From Polyangiaceae bacterium (GTDB lineage Bacteria > Myxococcota_A > Polyangia > Polyangiales > Polyangiaceae): a stretch of DNA of 64,000 bases. Within the stretch, counting starts at the first letter, position 1, and the number at the start of each line of letters is the position of its first letter. The DNA lies in assembly GCA_044376115.1 (NCBI GenBank), contig JBILLK010000003.1, positions 32,001-96,000 of the forward strand. Direction: 5' to 3'. A program made the position numbers and the translations under genes. This document shows positions 30,630 to 42,617 of this stretch, piece after piece. The notes under the pieces are model-generated. The model saw nothing but the letters and a program-made list of their open reading frames with translations, was not told the DNA's origin and searched no databases.

Positions 30630-31328
30630 GTGAATGAAGAGCCCACAAGCGTTGTTTACGTTGAAGATGACGAAAAACTCGGCCGGTTGACGGCCAAGTA
30701 TCTCGAATCGCACGGCGTGCGCGTGCTCCTGGTTGCTGAACCGAACGAGGGGATTGCAGCGGTCTTGCGTGAGCGACCCGACGTTGTGCTGCTGGATCTG
30801 ATGCTGCCCGGAATGAGCGGGTTGGAGGTGTGTCGGCGTTTGCGATCGCGCGTCGATACGCCCATCATCATGGTCACGGCTCGGGGCGAAGAGGCCGATC
30901 GGGTGCTCGGCTTGGAGGGCGGCGCCGATGACTACATCGCCAAGCCGTTCTCCTCACGTGAGCTGCTCGCACGCATTCGCGCTCATGCTCGACGCGCGCG
31001 TGGGCGTTCGGGGCCGGAGACGACGCTGATTGAGGCAGGCGCCCTGCGACTCGATACGTCGGCGCGCACAGCGGTCTTTCGCGGTGAGGCGTTGCAGTTG
31101 ACGACCTACGAGTACGATCTATTGCGGGTGCTCGCCGAACGCTCGGGACGCGTCCTCACCCGCGAGCAACTGGTCGAGGCCGTTCGTGGTCGCGCTGATG
31201 AAGCGTTTGACCGCAGCATCGACGTTCACATCTCGCATTTGCGACGCAAGCTCGGGGATGATCCGAAGAACCCCACGCTGCTCAAGACCGTGCGTGGGGT
31301 CGGCTATCTGTTGTCGGTGGAGCTCTGA
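30630..31328 (+). CDS. OmpR-family response regulator
   Basis: YVEDD, LLDLMLPG, PIIMVTA, GADDYIAKPF, DRSIDVHIS.LRRK, TVRGVGY. Confidence 0.97.
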   Translation: MNEEPTSVVYVEDDEKLGRLTAKYLESHGVRVLLVAEPNEGIAAVLRERPDVVLLDLMLPGMSGLEVCRRLRSRVDTPIIMVTARGEEADRVLGLEGGADDYIAKPFSSRELLARIRAHARRARGRSGPETTLIEAGALRLDTSARTAVFRGEALQLTTYEYDLLRVLAERSGRVLTREQLVEAVRGRADEAFDRSIDVHISHLRRKLGDDPKNPTLLKTVRGVGYLLSVEL

Positions 31329-31329
31329 G

Positions 31330-32502
31330 GTGAAGCTCGGGTCGCTGCTTCGGTCAAAACTCGCACTGCGCATCGGCTTGGTTGGCCTCGCGCAAATGTT
31401 CATCGTCGCGCTCGGCTTCATCACCCTTATCCGGATCTATCGGCCCGAGCCTCCGCAAGGCTTTCCACCTGGACCTCCCGGCCCCGACCCCGCGGCATGG
31501 CCTGGTCCGCCGGGCTCACCCGATGAACTCCGTCCGCCGCCCGAAGTGCGGCCAAGAAGGCGGCCCCCACCGATCGATCGCTACCTCGTACCGTTGGTGC
31601 TGATCGTCGTCGGGACCTCGACGATCTTGCTCGCACGCTCGCTCGTGATTCCGTTGAGCAAGGTGACCGAGGCGGCAAAGTCATTCGGTGCAGGCGAACT
31701 CAGCACCCGCGTGAAGCTCGAACGCAACGACGAGATCGGGGAAGTCGCCAACGCCTTCGACGATATGGCGGAACGAGTGACTCGACTGCTCGCTTCCGAA
31801 CGGGAGTTGCTGGCCAATGTTTCGCACGAGCTGCGGACGCCGCTCGCGCGGATTCGTGTAGCGCTCGATCTGGCGATCGAAGGCGATGCTGAGATGGCTC
31901 GCAGCTCGGCCGCCGACATCGCCGAGGACCTAGACGAGCTCGAGACCTTGATCTCCGATGTGCTCGTTGCGTCTCGTTTGGATTTGGCTGCGCGCGGACT
32001 TACGCAAGGCATCCCGCCCATCAAGCGCGAGCCGATTGAGCCGCTGGAGCTCGTCAATCACTGCGCTGCCCGCTTCAAGCGAAGTCTTACCGAGCGGGCG
32101 CTTGAGCTTCATGTCCAAGCGGAGTTACCGACCATCCTCGGTGATCGTGGCTTGTTGCGACGAGCGATCGAGAACTTGCTCGAGAACGCCAACAAGTATT
32201 CGGAACCACGTACGCGGATCTCTCTGTCAGTGCGAGTGCAGGAAGGCTGGGTCGTGATTGAGGTTGCCGATGAAGGCGTGGGCATCGGTCCCGAAGATCT
32301 GAAGCATGTGTTCCGACCGTTCTTCCGCGTCGACCGCAGCCGCACCAAAGCCACGGGTGGACACGGTTTAGGGCTCGCGCTCGTGAAGCGCATCGTCGAG
32401 AGTCACGGCGGCTCGATTGAACTGACGAGCGAACTAGGAAAGGGAACTCAAGCTCAGCTCAAGTTCCCTTCGACTGCGGCCAATGTGACTTCCGCGAGCT
32501 AG
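31330..32502 (+). CDS. Sensor histidine kinase (2 TM, HAMP, HisKA, HATPase)
   Basis: DEIGEVANAFDDMA, VSHELRTPL, NLLENANKY, D.GVG, GHGLGLA. Confidence 0.97.
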   Translation: MKLGSLLRSKLALRIGLVGLAQMFIVALGFITLIRIYRPEPPQGFPPGPPGPDPAAWPGPPGSPDELRPPPEVRPRRRPPPIDRYLVPLVLIVVGTSTILLARSLVIPLSKVTEAAKSFGAGELSTRVKLERNDEIGEVANAFDDMAERVTRLLASERELLANVSHELRTPLARIRVALDLAIEGDAEMARSSAADIAEDLDELETLISDVLVASRLDLAARGLTQGIPPIKREPIEPLELVNHCAARFKRSLTERALELHVQAELPTILGDRGLLRRAIENLLENANKYSEPRTRISLSVRVQEGWVVIEVADEGVGIGPEDLKHVFRPFFRVDRSRTKATGGHGLGLALVKRIVESHGGSIELTSELGKGTQAQLKFPSTAANVTSAS

Positions 32503-34025
32503 CTGTTCTCGGCCAGCTTCCGTTCGAGAGCCTCGATGTGAGCACGAACCTGCGGGTCGATCTCGCGTTGTGCCTCGATCTTCCGCACGGCGCTCATGAC
32601 CGTTGTGTGATCGCGGCCGCCGAACGCACGGCCGAGCTCAGGGAAGCTGCACTTGAGGCGCTGCTTGCAGAGGTACATCGCCACGTGCCGCGCGAAGGCC
32701 ACCGTCTTGTGGCGATCCTTCGAGGTGAGGTCAGTCGAGCGGATGTGGAAGTGATGGCACACGAGGCGCTGCACGTCGTCCACGCTCATCAGCTGCGGAC
32801 GTGTGTTGGTGGTCGCCGACAGCTCAGCCTTGGCGAACGCGAGGTCCACGCGGCGGCTGGTGAGCGAACTCTTGGCGGCTAGCCGAATCAGCACGCCTTC
32901 GAGTTCGCGCACGTTCGACCGAACAACCTGGGCGAGATAGAGCGCAACATCGTCGTCGAGGTCGATGCCTTCAAGGCCTGCTTTGTGACGAACGATGGCC
33001 ACGCGGGTCTCGAGCTCGGGCACCTGAATGTCCGCCACGAGTCCCCAGGAGAAGCGCGAGACAAGGCGCTCTTCCATGCGCTCCAAGTTTTGGGGGTACT
33101 TGTCGCTGGTGACCACGATCTGCCGGTCTTGGCCGTGAAGAGCGTTGAAGGTGTGGAAGAACTCTTCCTGCGTTTGCTCTCGGCCCGCCAAGAACTGAAT
33201 GTCATCCACGAGCAGCAAGTCGCACTGCGAACGGTACCGCGCGCGAAATTCATCCATCCGCTGGTGCTGGATGGCGTGGATGAACTCGTTGGTGAAACGC
33301 TCGGCCGAGACGTAGACGACGCGCGCGTTGGGGCGCTCGGACAACATGCGATGCGCGATCGCGTGTACGAGGTGGGTCTTCCCGAGGCCGGTGCCACCGC
33401 AGATAAACAGCGGATTGTAGCGTCGGCCACCGCCGCCGGCGGCTGCCACAGCGGCGGCGTGGGCGAGCTGGTTCGACGGGCCAACCACGAAGCTCGAGAA
33501 CGTTTGCTTGGGGTTGAGATCGGAGAGCGCGACCGAGTGAGAGGACGCCGCTAGCGGTGCAGCCCGCGGCGCCGGCCTCACCGACGGCGGAGGTTGCTGC
33601 GACATACGCATCGGGAGGTTGGATTCACGCGTGCGCTGGAAGTCCACCGAGGCAGAAGCTGGCTCCACCGCGATCGGGGCTTGGTCGTGCGCCGACTCCT
33701 CACGAGCAGCGCGCTGAGCTTCTGCTGCGCGGTCCGACTCTCGTTCGCTGATGGGATGAGCCAGCTGCGGGTCCAAAATCCACGCTAGTTGGATCGACTT
33801 TCCGGTGAGCGCCCTCAGCCGCTGAACAAGTGTCGGGAGGAAGTTGGTCTCCACCCATTCTTGAACAAACTCATTGGTCGCTCGAAGCGAGAGGACGCCG
33901 TCGGTTAGGTCGTCGAACTGAACGCATGCGAACCAAGTATTGAAGGTGGCCGGAGACAAGCTCCGGGTGAACTCAACTGCGTCAAAGAACGCCTGATGTG
34001 AGTCAGCCTTGGAAGTCATTGACAC
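32499..34025 (-). CDS. dnaA: Chromosomal replication initiator DnaA
   Basis: FVVGPSN, YNPLFICGGTGLGKTHL, LLVDDIQF, TQEEFFHTFN, NVRELEG, FGGRDHTTV. Confidence 0.99.
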   Translation of the reverse strand: MSMTSKADSHQAFFDAVEFTRSLSPATFNTWFACVQFDDLTDGVLSLRATNEFVQEWVETNFLPTLVQRLRALTGKSIQLAWILDPQLAHPISERESDRAAEAQRAAREESAHDQAPIAVEPASASVDFQRTRESNLPMRMSQQPPPSVRPAPRAAPLAASSHSVALSDLNPKQTFSSFVVGPSNQLAHAAAVAAAGGGGRRYNPLFICGGTGLGKTHLVHAIAHRMLSERPNARVVYVSAERFTNEFIHAIQHQRMDEFRARYRSQCDLLLVDDIQFLAGREQTQEEFFHTFNALHGQDRQIVVTSDKYPQNLERMEERLVSRFSWGLVADIQVPELETRVAIVRHKAGLEGIDLDDDVALYLAQVVRSNVRELEGVLIRLAAKSSLTSRRVDLAFAKAELSATTNTRPQLMSVDDVQRLVCHHFHIRSTDLTSKDRHKTVAFARHVAMYLCKQRLKCSFPELGRAFGGRDHTTVMSAVRKIEAQREIDPQVRAHIEALERKLAENS

Positions 34026-34055
34026 TCACCACACGAGCAGTAGAAGCAAATTGAG

Positions 34056-34168
34056 ATCTCCACAGGGCGTACAGCTCCAACGGCCAGGTCACAAACCCCT
34101 GAAATTATGTACGTCTTTGTCATGATGAGGCGGATCGCGTCACGTTGGTTCACAAGTTTTCCACAGGG
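34056..34168. promoter_or_regulatory. DnaA-box-like sites upstream of dnaA
   Basis: TTTTCCACA (34157-34165) fits TTWTNCACA; adjacent TGGTTCACA (34146-34154) and ATCTCCACA (34056-34064) are degenerate. Confidence 0.6.
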
Positions 34169-34773
34169 AAAGACCGACCACCGACCGAGTTTGGGTTAAA
34201 CATGGCCGCCCTCCGCGGTTTCTTGCGAACGGCGCGGAGTTCCTCCCAGATCTACTTCTGCTGACACAAGCGGCCCGAGACCTCACGAAAGTGAGGCCCA
34301 AAAGCGGGGCGAGAATGCTGGGACCGACCCGCGAGGCGAACCGGAATAGGGAGGTACCACCGAGTTCGGTGGGGCGACAAGCCGATCTTTCGGCAAGAGC
34401 GTAAGTGGTTGTTATGGTTCAAAAAACGCTCAGGTGGCTCAAAATCCCCCTGGCGCGTCGCGTCGTCCCGTGAGTGGGACCTACTCCGCACCGCGATCCT
34501 ATTGAAATAAGCCATAGAAATTAAGCTGTTGAAGCCCGCGACGTGGGCTCTGTTCGCATTTCGCTTCCGCAGCGCCGTCAAGGAGAAAAATGTAAGTAAT
34601 AACGTCGCTTTAGATCCATGCTTGACGCTGGCGTCCGACTGGTGGGTCCATCGAGCAACGCGTAGCCGGTTCAAAACGGGCGTTCGTGACAAGGGTGTGT
34701 CCGGCGCGTGGAGGGACTTCAGCAGGTCCAACTAATTTGGCCCAAGTCGTGGTCGGACGGTACGGGCCCAGGC

Positions 34774-35856
34774 ATGCACTCGACTTTCCGCATCCCAGCC
34801 TCGCGACCCGGCAGCCAGCGGTGCCTGTGGTCCCTTCTTTGGCTGGCGGGAACCGGGGTGTGCTTCGGCGCCTCGCTGAGCCTCGAGGCGCAAGAGACGG
34901 ACAAGAGCCCGATATCGACCGCCGACGTGCCGCTGCCGTTCGCCTACAACTATGGCGAGACCGACACGACTCGCTCGGGTGGTATGTCCGGGGCACTACG
35001 GGCTGCAGGCAACGGAACAACGGCCATCTTCGTCAATCCCGCCGGTATGACGCTCACCCGCGTGTATCACATCGAGGCCATCGGCCAGATCACGCCAGAG
35101 TTTGGACGCCACGTTTACGGCGGCATGGTGGTTGACTCGATCACCAACAAGCTCGCGGGCGGAGTCGCGGTGACCGGCGGCTTCCTCGACGCCTTCTCCG
35201 ATGAAGCCACAGCGGTGGACCGCTCGTGGCTCGACATCCGCCTTGCTCTTGCTTACCCCATTGTCGAAGGGCTCAGCGTTGGCCTCGGGGGCCGGTACCT
35301 CAAGCTGACCGAGAACGGCGAAGGTCCGCTCGGTACGAGCAAGGTATCTGGTGGACTCAAAGATCCGGAAGGCGGCGGGCGGCTATCGATGGTCAACCTT
35401 CCGACCTTCGACGCTGGATTGACCTTCAAGGCAGGCGACCTCGTGGTGCTCGGGGTCTCTGGACAGAACCTCACCTTCCCCGATGATGGCGTTCTGCCGA
35501 CCACCGTTGGCGGTGGCATCGCGGTGGCTCACACCGACTTTACGATCGAGGCTGACGGCGTTGCTGACCTCTCCTCTTACGCATCTCCCGCCGCTCGCAT
35601 CATGGCCGGTGGAGAATACCTGCTCGTTGATCACATCCCGATCCGCGCCGGGTATCGCTTTGATTCGGGAGCTGAGTCGCATCAGATTTCGGCCGGTCTC
35701 GGTTACATCGCCTCTGAGTTCATGGTCGAGGCGAGTGTGCGGCGCACGCTCGTTGGTCCCGACGCTACCGAGATCATCTTCGGCGCTGGCTACTTCCTCG
35801 AGTCGAGCGGGCTTACCGGGCGAGGCGACGAAACCAGCTCGAGCTCGAGCTTCTGA
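34774..35856 (+). CDS. Putative outer-membrane beta-barrel protein (FadL/PorV-like)
   Basis: Signal peptide, RSGGMSGA...AIFVNPAG, alternating beta strands, IRAGYRFD. Start uncertain. Confidence 0.65.
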   Translation: MHSTFRIPASRPGSQRCLWSLLWLAGTGVCFGASLSLEAQETDKSPISTADVPLPFAYNYGETDTTRSGGMSGALRAAGNGTTAIFVNPAGMTLTRVYHIEAIGQITPEFGRHVYGGMVVDSITNKLAGGVAVTGGFLDAFSDEATAVDRSWLDIRLALAYPIVEGLSVGLGGRYLKLTENGEGPLGTSKVSGGLKDPEGGGRLSMVNLPTFDAGLTFKAGDLVVLGVSGQNLTFPDDGVLPTTVGGGIAVAHTDFTIEADGVADLSSYASPAARIMAGGEYLLVDHIPIRAGYRFDSGAESHQISAGLGYIASEFMVEASVRRTLVGPDATEIIFGAGYFLESSGLTGRGDETSSSSSF

Positions 35857-35897
35857 GGCTGCGTGCTTCGCGCGTCGGCGTGTGCGAGACTCGCGGC

Positions 35898-36500
35898 GTG
35901 CTTGGCCTGTTGTGTGAAACGGATCCTGGTTGGGCGGTAGCGGCTGCGAATGACGTGGGCCGTGTGCTCGTGGACCATGCGCACTGTGAGATGAAGGCCG
36001 CGAGCAACGCACTCGCCCTGTCCACGCGTTGTTGCGACTTTCCCAACGTGCTCGACGGCTTGGTCGCGCTCGCCGAAGAGGAGCTCACCCACTTTCGACA
36101 GGTGCTCGCAGAGCTGCGCCGACGAAACCTCGCACTCGGACCGCCCGAGGAAGATTGGTACGCGGCCGAGCTTCGTCGCCGGTCGTCGAAGGCGCGTGAG
36201 CGGCATGACAAAGCAGAGTTCGTGATCACGGATCGACTCGTGGTCGGAGCGTTGATCGAGGCGCGCTCGTGCGAGCGCTTCAAGTTGCTGCGCGATCATT
36301 TGAAGGAGCGTGACCCGGCGCTGGCTGCTTTCTACGGCGAGCTGCTCGCGAGTGAAGCGCGCCACTACCGCACCTTCCTCGACATGGCGCTCGAGGTCTC
36401 GGGAGATGCGGCTTACGTCGAGCAGCGTCATCAAGCGATTGCCCTGATCGAGGAGAGCGTCGTCAAGAGCCTCTCGGGCGCGCCAACGATTCACGGTTGA
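35898..36500 (+). CDS. miaE: tRNA-(ms2i6A37) hydroxylase
   Basis: LVDHAHCEMKAA, EELTHF, DRLVVGALIEARSCERF, SEARHY. Confidence 0.93.
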   Translation: MLGLLCETDPGWAVAAANDVGRVLVDHAHCEMKAASNALALSTRCCDFPNVLDGLVALAEEELTHFRQVLAELRRRNLALGPPEEDWYAAELRRRSSKARERHDKAEFVITDRLVVGALIEARSCERFKLLRDHLKERDPALAAFYGELLASEARHYRTFLDMALEVSGDAAYVEQRHQAIALIEESVVKSLSGAPTIHG

Positions 36501-36511
36501 GGGAGGCTCTG

Positions 36512-37813
36512 ATGTTCGATTTGTTCGAGCTCGATCGGGACGTGCGCGAGTTGGCGATGGCCGAGCACCAAGCGCGGCGGGCGCCTATCGTCGTGGATGG
36601 CGGCTGGGACAATGCAGCCGTGTTTCCACGGCGCGTGAGTTCGCTGGAGACCGCGAAAAAGCTCGACCGTTTGGCTGTCGATCCTTTGGCGCGTGGTGTT
36701 CGTGATTGGGTGGCCATGTTCGCTGTCGAGCGGGTAACCAAGAGTGATCGCGAGGAAGTGCTAGCCGCGTTTGCTGCGACGTATCCTTCGCTGGCGGGTG
36801 AAGAGGGCTTCGCCAGCGCCCGGCTGGTCCGCGACGTTCTCGGCGGAGGCAAGACACGCGAACTGGCGCTGCGCGCGTTGCGCACCCGAAGTCGTGAGGT
36901 CGGCGACGCAAGTGCGCGTTGGATCGAACGCAGGCAAGAGGCGCTTCGGCGCGCGCGATTGGCCGTGCCCACCTTGCCCGACCGTCTGATCGAGTCCAGC
37001 CCGGAGCACCAGCTAGCCGAGCAGCTGCTCGACAACCTACGCACGTTGGGGCGGTCGCCGCGAACCTTCGTCGACGACGTTCGCGTCGCTCTTGCGCGCG
37101 ACGCTGGCGAGGGCTGGCCGGCCCATCTGACGCCGCGCGTCGTGGCTGAACTATTGGGTCCGCTGATGTTCGAGGGCGTTGCCGTCGGTCGTCCGCGCTT
37201 GCCACCTCCGATCGGTGCGTCCTCCTTCGCAACCGCGTTCGCGAATGTAGGCGAGGACCTAGCTTTGCGCGATTGGGACCGCGCCACGCCCTTCACACTG
37301 GCGCGTGCCCCAGCGGACCCGTTGCCGTATCGTCGGGCCGCTTTGTTCGGCCTGTTGGTGCTCGAGCCGGCCTTTCACCAGAAGCGGCTCGGAATGTCGC
37401 GACAAGCAGCGCGCGAGCAGGTGCAGAGGTTGGGGCACGCATTGGTGGCGTGGTTGGCGCAGTCCGCCTTCAAGCTGCTGCTGCTACCCTTGGCGACTAC
37501 CTCCGGCCGTGACGGCGCGTTCGAGGAGCTGAGCGAGCGCGTCTACGGTCGGCCGATGCCAGGGGCATTATTCACTACGCTGCCGCGCCTCGATCCAGAG
37601 GCTTCGGCACGCTTTACCGGCCTTCTGGTCGCAAGCACCGACCGAGCGATTCTGCGCGATCGTTTCGATGAAGACTGGTTCGACAACCCCAAGGCGGTGC
37701 TCGAGCTCCGTCATGAAAACCACCAAGCGACGTTGGTTCGCAACGAAAGGCGCGCTTCAGTCTCCGACGTCTCGGCCAGCCTTGCGCGGCTGCGCGAGAC
37801 GCTCGACGGTTGA
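36512..37813 (+). CDS. Hypothetical protein (possibly a degenerate M3/zincin-like fold)
   Basis: GGAGG RBS; C-terminal LRDRFDEDWF.NP.A motif; no HExxH. Confidence 0.65.
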   Translation: MFDLFELDRDVRELAMAEHQARRAPIVVDGGWDNAAVFPRRVSSLETAKKLDRLAVDPLARGVRDWVAMFAVERVTKSDREEVLAAFAATYPSLAGEEGFASARLVRDVLGGGKTRELALRALRTRSREVGDASARWIERRQEALRRARLAVPTLPDRLIESSPEHQLAEQLLDNLRTLGRSPRTFVDDVRVALARDAGEGWPAHLTPRVVAELLGPLMFEGVAVGRPRLPPPIGASSFATAFANVGEDLALRDWDRATPFTLARAPADPLPYRRAALFGLLVLEPAFHQKRLGMSRQAAREQVQRLGHALVAWLAQSAFKLLLLPLATTSGRDGAFEELSERVYGRPMPGALFTTLPRLDPEASARFTGLLVASTDRAILRDRFDEDWFDNPKAVLELRHENHQATLVRNERRASVSDVSASLARLRETLDG

Positions 37814-37840
37814 CGTTGTTCCTGTGTACGCTCGGACTGC

Positions 37841-38131
37841 GTGAACCGTTACGGGATCCCCATCCAAGACTTGCCGGCCCACTGCTTGGACGCCGCTGAT
37901 GCGGCCGAGCGAGCCCTGGCGCGCACACTCATCGTGCGTGATGGCCACGCGATCGCGGCGATCGTGCCGATGACCGACTTGGACCGCGTGGATCCCCCTG
38001 ATCCGGCAGCCAACGGTACCGATCCTCTCCTCGCGCTCGCGGGGATGTGTCGGCACGACGCCTTCGTTGATCTGTTCTCGACCGAACTCGACAAGACCTC
38101 ACTCTGGCACCGTGGCCCGCGGTTCCCCTGA
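37841..38131 (+). CDS. Phd/YefM-like antitoxin
   Basis: TLIVRDGHAIAAIVPM..L pattern; TGATG overlap with the PIN gene. Confidence 0.65.
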   Translation: MNRYGIPIQDLPAHCLDAADAAERALARTLIVRDGHAIAAIVPMTDLDRVDPPDPAANGTDPLLALAGMCRHDAFVDLFSTELDKTSLWHRGPRFP

Positions 38132-38523
38132 TGGCCTACCTTCTCGATACGCCCACGGTTGCGGAGGTTTTGCGTACCGTACCCTCCCGCACGCTGATTC
38201 GCCGGCTCTCGGAGGTGCCCTCTCGGGACCGATGGACCAGCGTCGTCACCGTCAGCCAGCTATTGGTCGCAGCTCGCCGCTCGAATCAGGCCAGGGTGAT
38301 GCAGGACGTGGTGCAGGTCGTGGCGGCGTTGCGAGTTGCTCCGTTTGATCTGGCGGCTGCTCAGGTGTTCGCCAAGTTCCGCGCGGGCCCGGCCGCTGAG
38401 ATGGAGGCCGATGACGTGATGATCGCTGCAGTCGCCTTGGCGTCCAAGTTCACGCTCGTCACCCGAAGAACCACGACGTTTGCGATCTTCACGGGGCTGC
38501 GCCTCGAAAACTGGTTTGTGTAG
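38131..38523 (+). CDS. VapC-like PIN domain protein
   Basis: YLLDT, VAPFD..AA, D.MIAA.AL, TLVT, GLRLENW. Confidence 0.85.
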   Translation: MAYLLDTPTVAEVLRTVPSRTLIRRLSEVPSRDRWTSVVTVSQLLVAARRSNQARVMQDVVQVVAALRVAPFDLAAAQVFAKFRAGPAAEMEADDVMIAAVALASKFTLVTRRTTTFAIFTGLRLENWFV

Positions 38524-38664
38524 CCTCTGAGTGGTCGAGATTCGCGAGCGGTTTGAGCGATTTTCAGGCTGGCGAAGCGAGCCCGATTCGAAGGTGTTCC
38601 TGTCGTGCGAAAGGCGTGCTACGCCGCGCACGCTCGCAGCCCGGGCCCCTTTCCCCCTAATCCA

Positions 38665-39144
38665 GTGGCGAACCTACAATCCCTTCAATTGGTTCTTTCA
38701 GGCGCCGACGTAAACGTCGACTTCGACCTCTCGGTCGTTGCTCAAATCGCCCTGTTCGGCCTCTTTATTGTGGTTTTGAAGCCGGTCCTATTCGACCCGC
38801 TATTGAAGCTATTTGAAGAGCGCGAGAAGCTAACGGACGGGTCGCTGTCGACGGCTCGCGATCTCGACGCCAAGGCGAACGAGCTCCTCAAGCGTTTCGA
38901 CTCCGAGATCGAGAGCGTGAGGCACGAGGCCGCGGCTGAACGTGATCGCCTGCGTGCGGAGACGGCCAAGCTCGAGGCGAAGATGCTCGAGGACGCCAAG
39001 GCCGATGCCGCGCGCATCTTGGCCGAAGGTCGGGCTCGCATTGAGAAAGAGGTCGCGACGTTACGCGCCGAGCTCGAGGCTTCGCGCCCGGCCTTGGCAG
39101 AGCAGATCGCTTCCAAGATGATTGGACGGGAGGTGCGCTCGTGA
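38665..39144 (+). CDS. atpF: ATP synthase F0 subunit b'
   Basis: Single TM (AQIALFGLFIVVLKPVLFDPLLKLFEERE) followed by a coiled coil. Start uncertain (38605-38665). Confidence 0.88.
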   Translation: MANLQSLQLVLSGADVNVDFDLSVVAQIALFGLFIVVLKPVLFDPLLKLFEEREKLTDGSLSTARDLDAKANELLKRFDSEIESVRHEAAAERDRLRAETAKLEAKMLEDAKADAARILAEGRARIEKEVATLRAELEASRPALAEQIASKMIGREVRS

Positions 39145-40267
39145 GCAAGAGGTTCTTCGCGCTCACCAGCGCGCTAGCGCTGAGTTTCGTCGCGGTTGAT
39201 GCCGGCTCCCAGCCGATGGCGCCGCCGCCAGCCGGGCAACCTGGTCCGGCGGCTCAGCCCGGCGGCCCCGGTGGGCAACCGGCGGCTCAGCCCGGCGGCC
39301 CCGGTGGGCAACCTGGGCGGGTGGCACAGCCCGGCCAGCCCGGTGCACAACCCGGCCAGCCCGGTGCACAACCCGGCCAGCCCGGTGCACAACCCGGCCA
39401 GCCCGGTGCACAACCCGGCCAGCCCGGTGCACAACCCGGCGAACCCGGTCGCATGCCGCAGCCCCCGGGACGGCAGCCTCCTAGCCGCCCGCGCGCCCCG
39501 GCCGCAGCGCCTCAGCTCCCTCCCGGCCACGTACCGATCACGCCACAAGGAGCTGCGAAGCCTGCCGCTGCGGAGGAGCACCACGGTGGTGGTGAGCACC
39601 ACTGTGCAGGCCACGGCCCGGAAGATCCGCCGCCACACATCAACTACTACCAGGGTCTTTTCGGCGTAAACAACGAGAAGTCCCAGAGCCCCAGCTTCGT
39701 GGACCGGCTCTTGTGGCGCTATCACAACCCCGTTGACGAGTGCGATCCCAAGAACCAAGAGCCCCCGCTCCTCGGCTCGCTGATCAACTTCCTCGTCGTG
39801 GTGATGGTGCTCGTGCGTTTCGGCAAGAAGCCCGTGATGGAAGGGCTGGCCGCACGCAAGAAGACGATCATGCAGAACATCGATCAAGCGACGGCACTGC
39901 GTAAGGACGCAGAGAAGCGCTTGGCCGACTACAAGAAGAAGCTCGCTCGGATCGAGGAGCGACGCGCGGAGTTGCACCAAGAGTCACGCGCAGCGTGGGA
40001 GACCGAGAAGGCTCGTATCTTGGCGGAAGCAACCGAGAAGGCATCTCGTTTGCGCAAAGACGCTGAGTTCCGCGTGTCTCAGGAGCTCAAGCAGGCCGAA
40101 TCGGACCTCATGGCGCAGGCTGTGGACGGCGCCGTCCTCGCCGCTGAGCAGCTGATCAAGAGTCGTATTGAGGATCGAGACCAACAACGCCTTGCTGACG
40201 AATTCGCCTCTTCGCTTGGGCGAGTTCTTTCGGCAAAAGGCGCGCAAGCCAATCCGGGAGGTGCTTC

Positions 40268-40271
<4 letters not shown>
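39141..40271 (+). CDS. atpF: ATP synthase F0 subunit b with a long N-terminal extension
   Basis: LINFLVVVMVLVRFGKKPV..L.ARK..I coiled coil in the C-terminal half; located between b' and delta. Confidence 0.9.
39246..39440 (+). repeat. Coding tandem repeats: 33 nt x2 and 21 nt x5
   Basis: ccggcggctcagcccggcggccccggtgggcaa x2 (39246-39311); cccggccagcccggtgcacaa x5 (39330-39434), encoding PGQPGAQ. Confidence 0.95.
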
Positions 40272-42614
<2,343 letters not shown>

Positions 42615-42617
42615 CTC

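Noticed and set aside
34252..34731. 159-aa minus-strand ORF upstream of dnaA
   Set aside because: Atypical composition and codon usage, no motifs; the region looks regulatory.
39330..39434. 21-nt repeats as a possible CRISPR array
   Set aside because: Head-to-tail with no spacers, in-frame inside atpF, and no cas genes.
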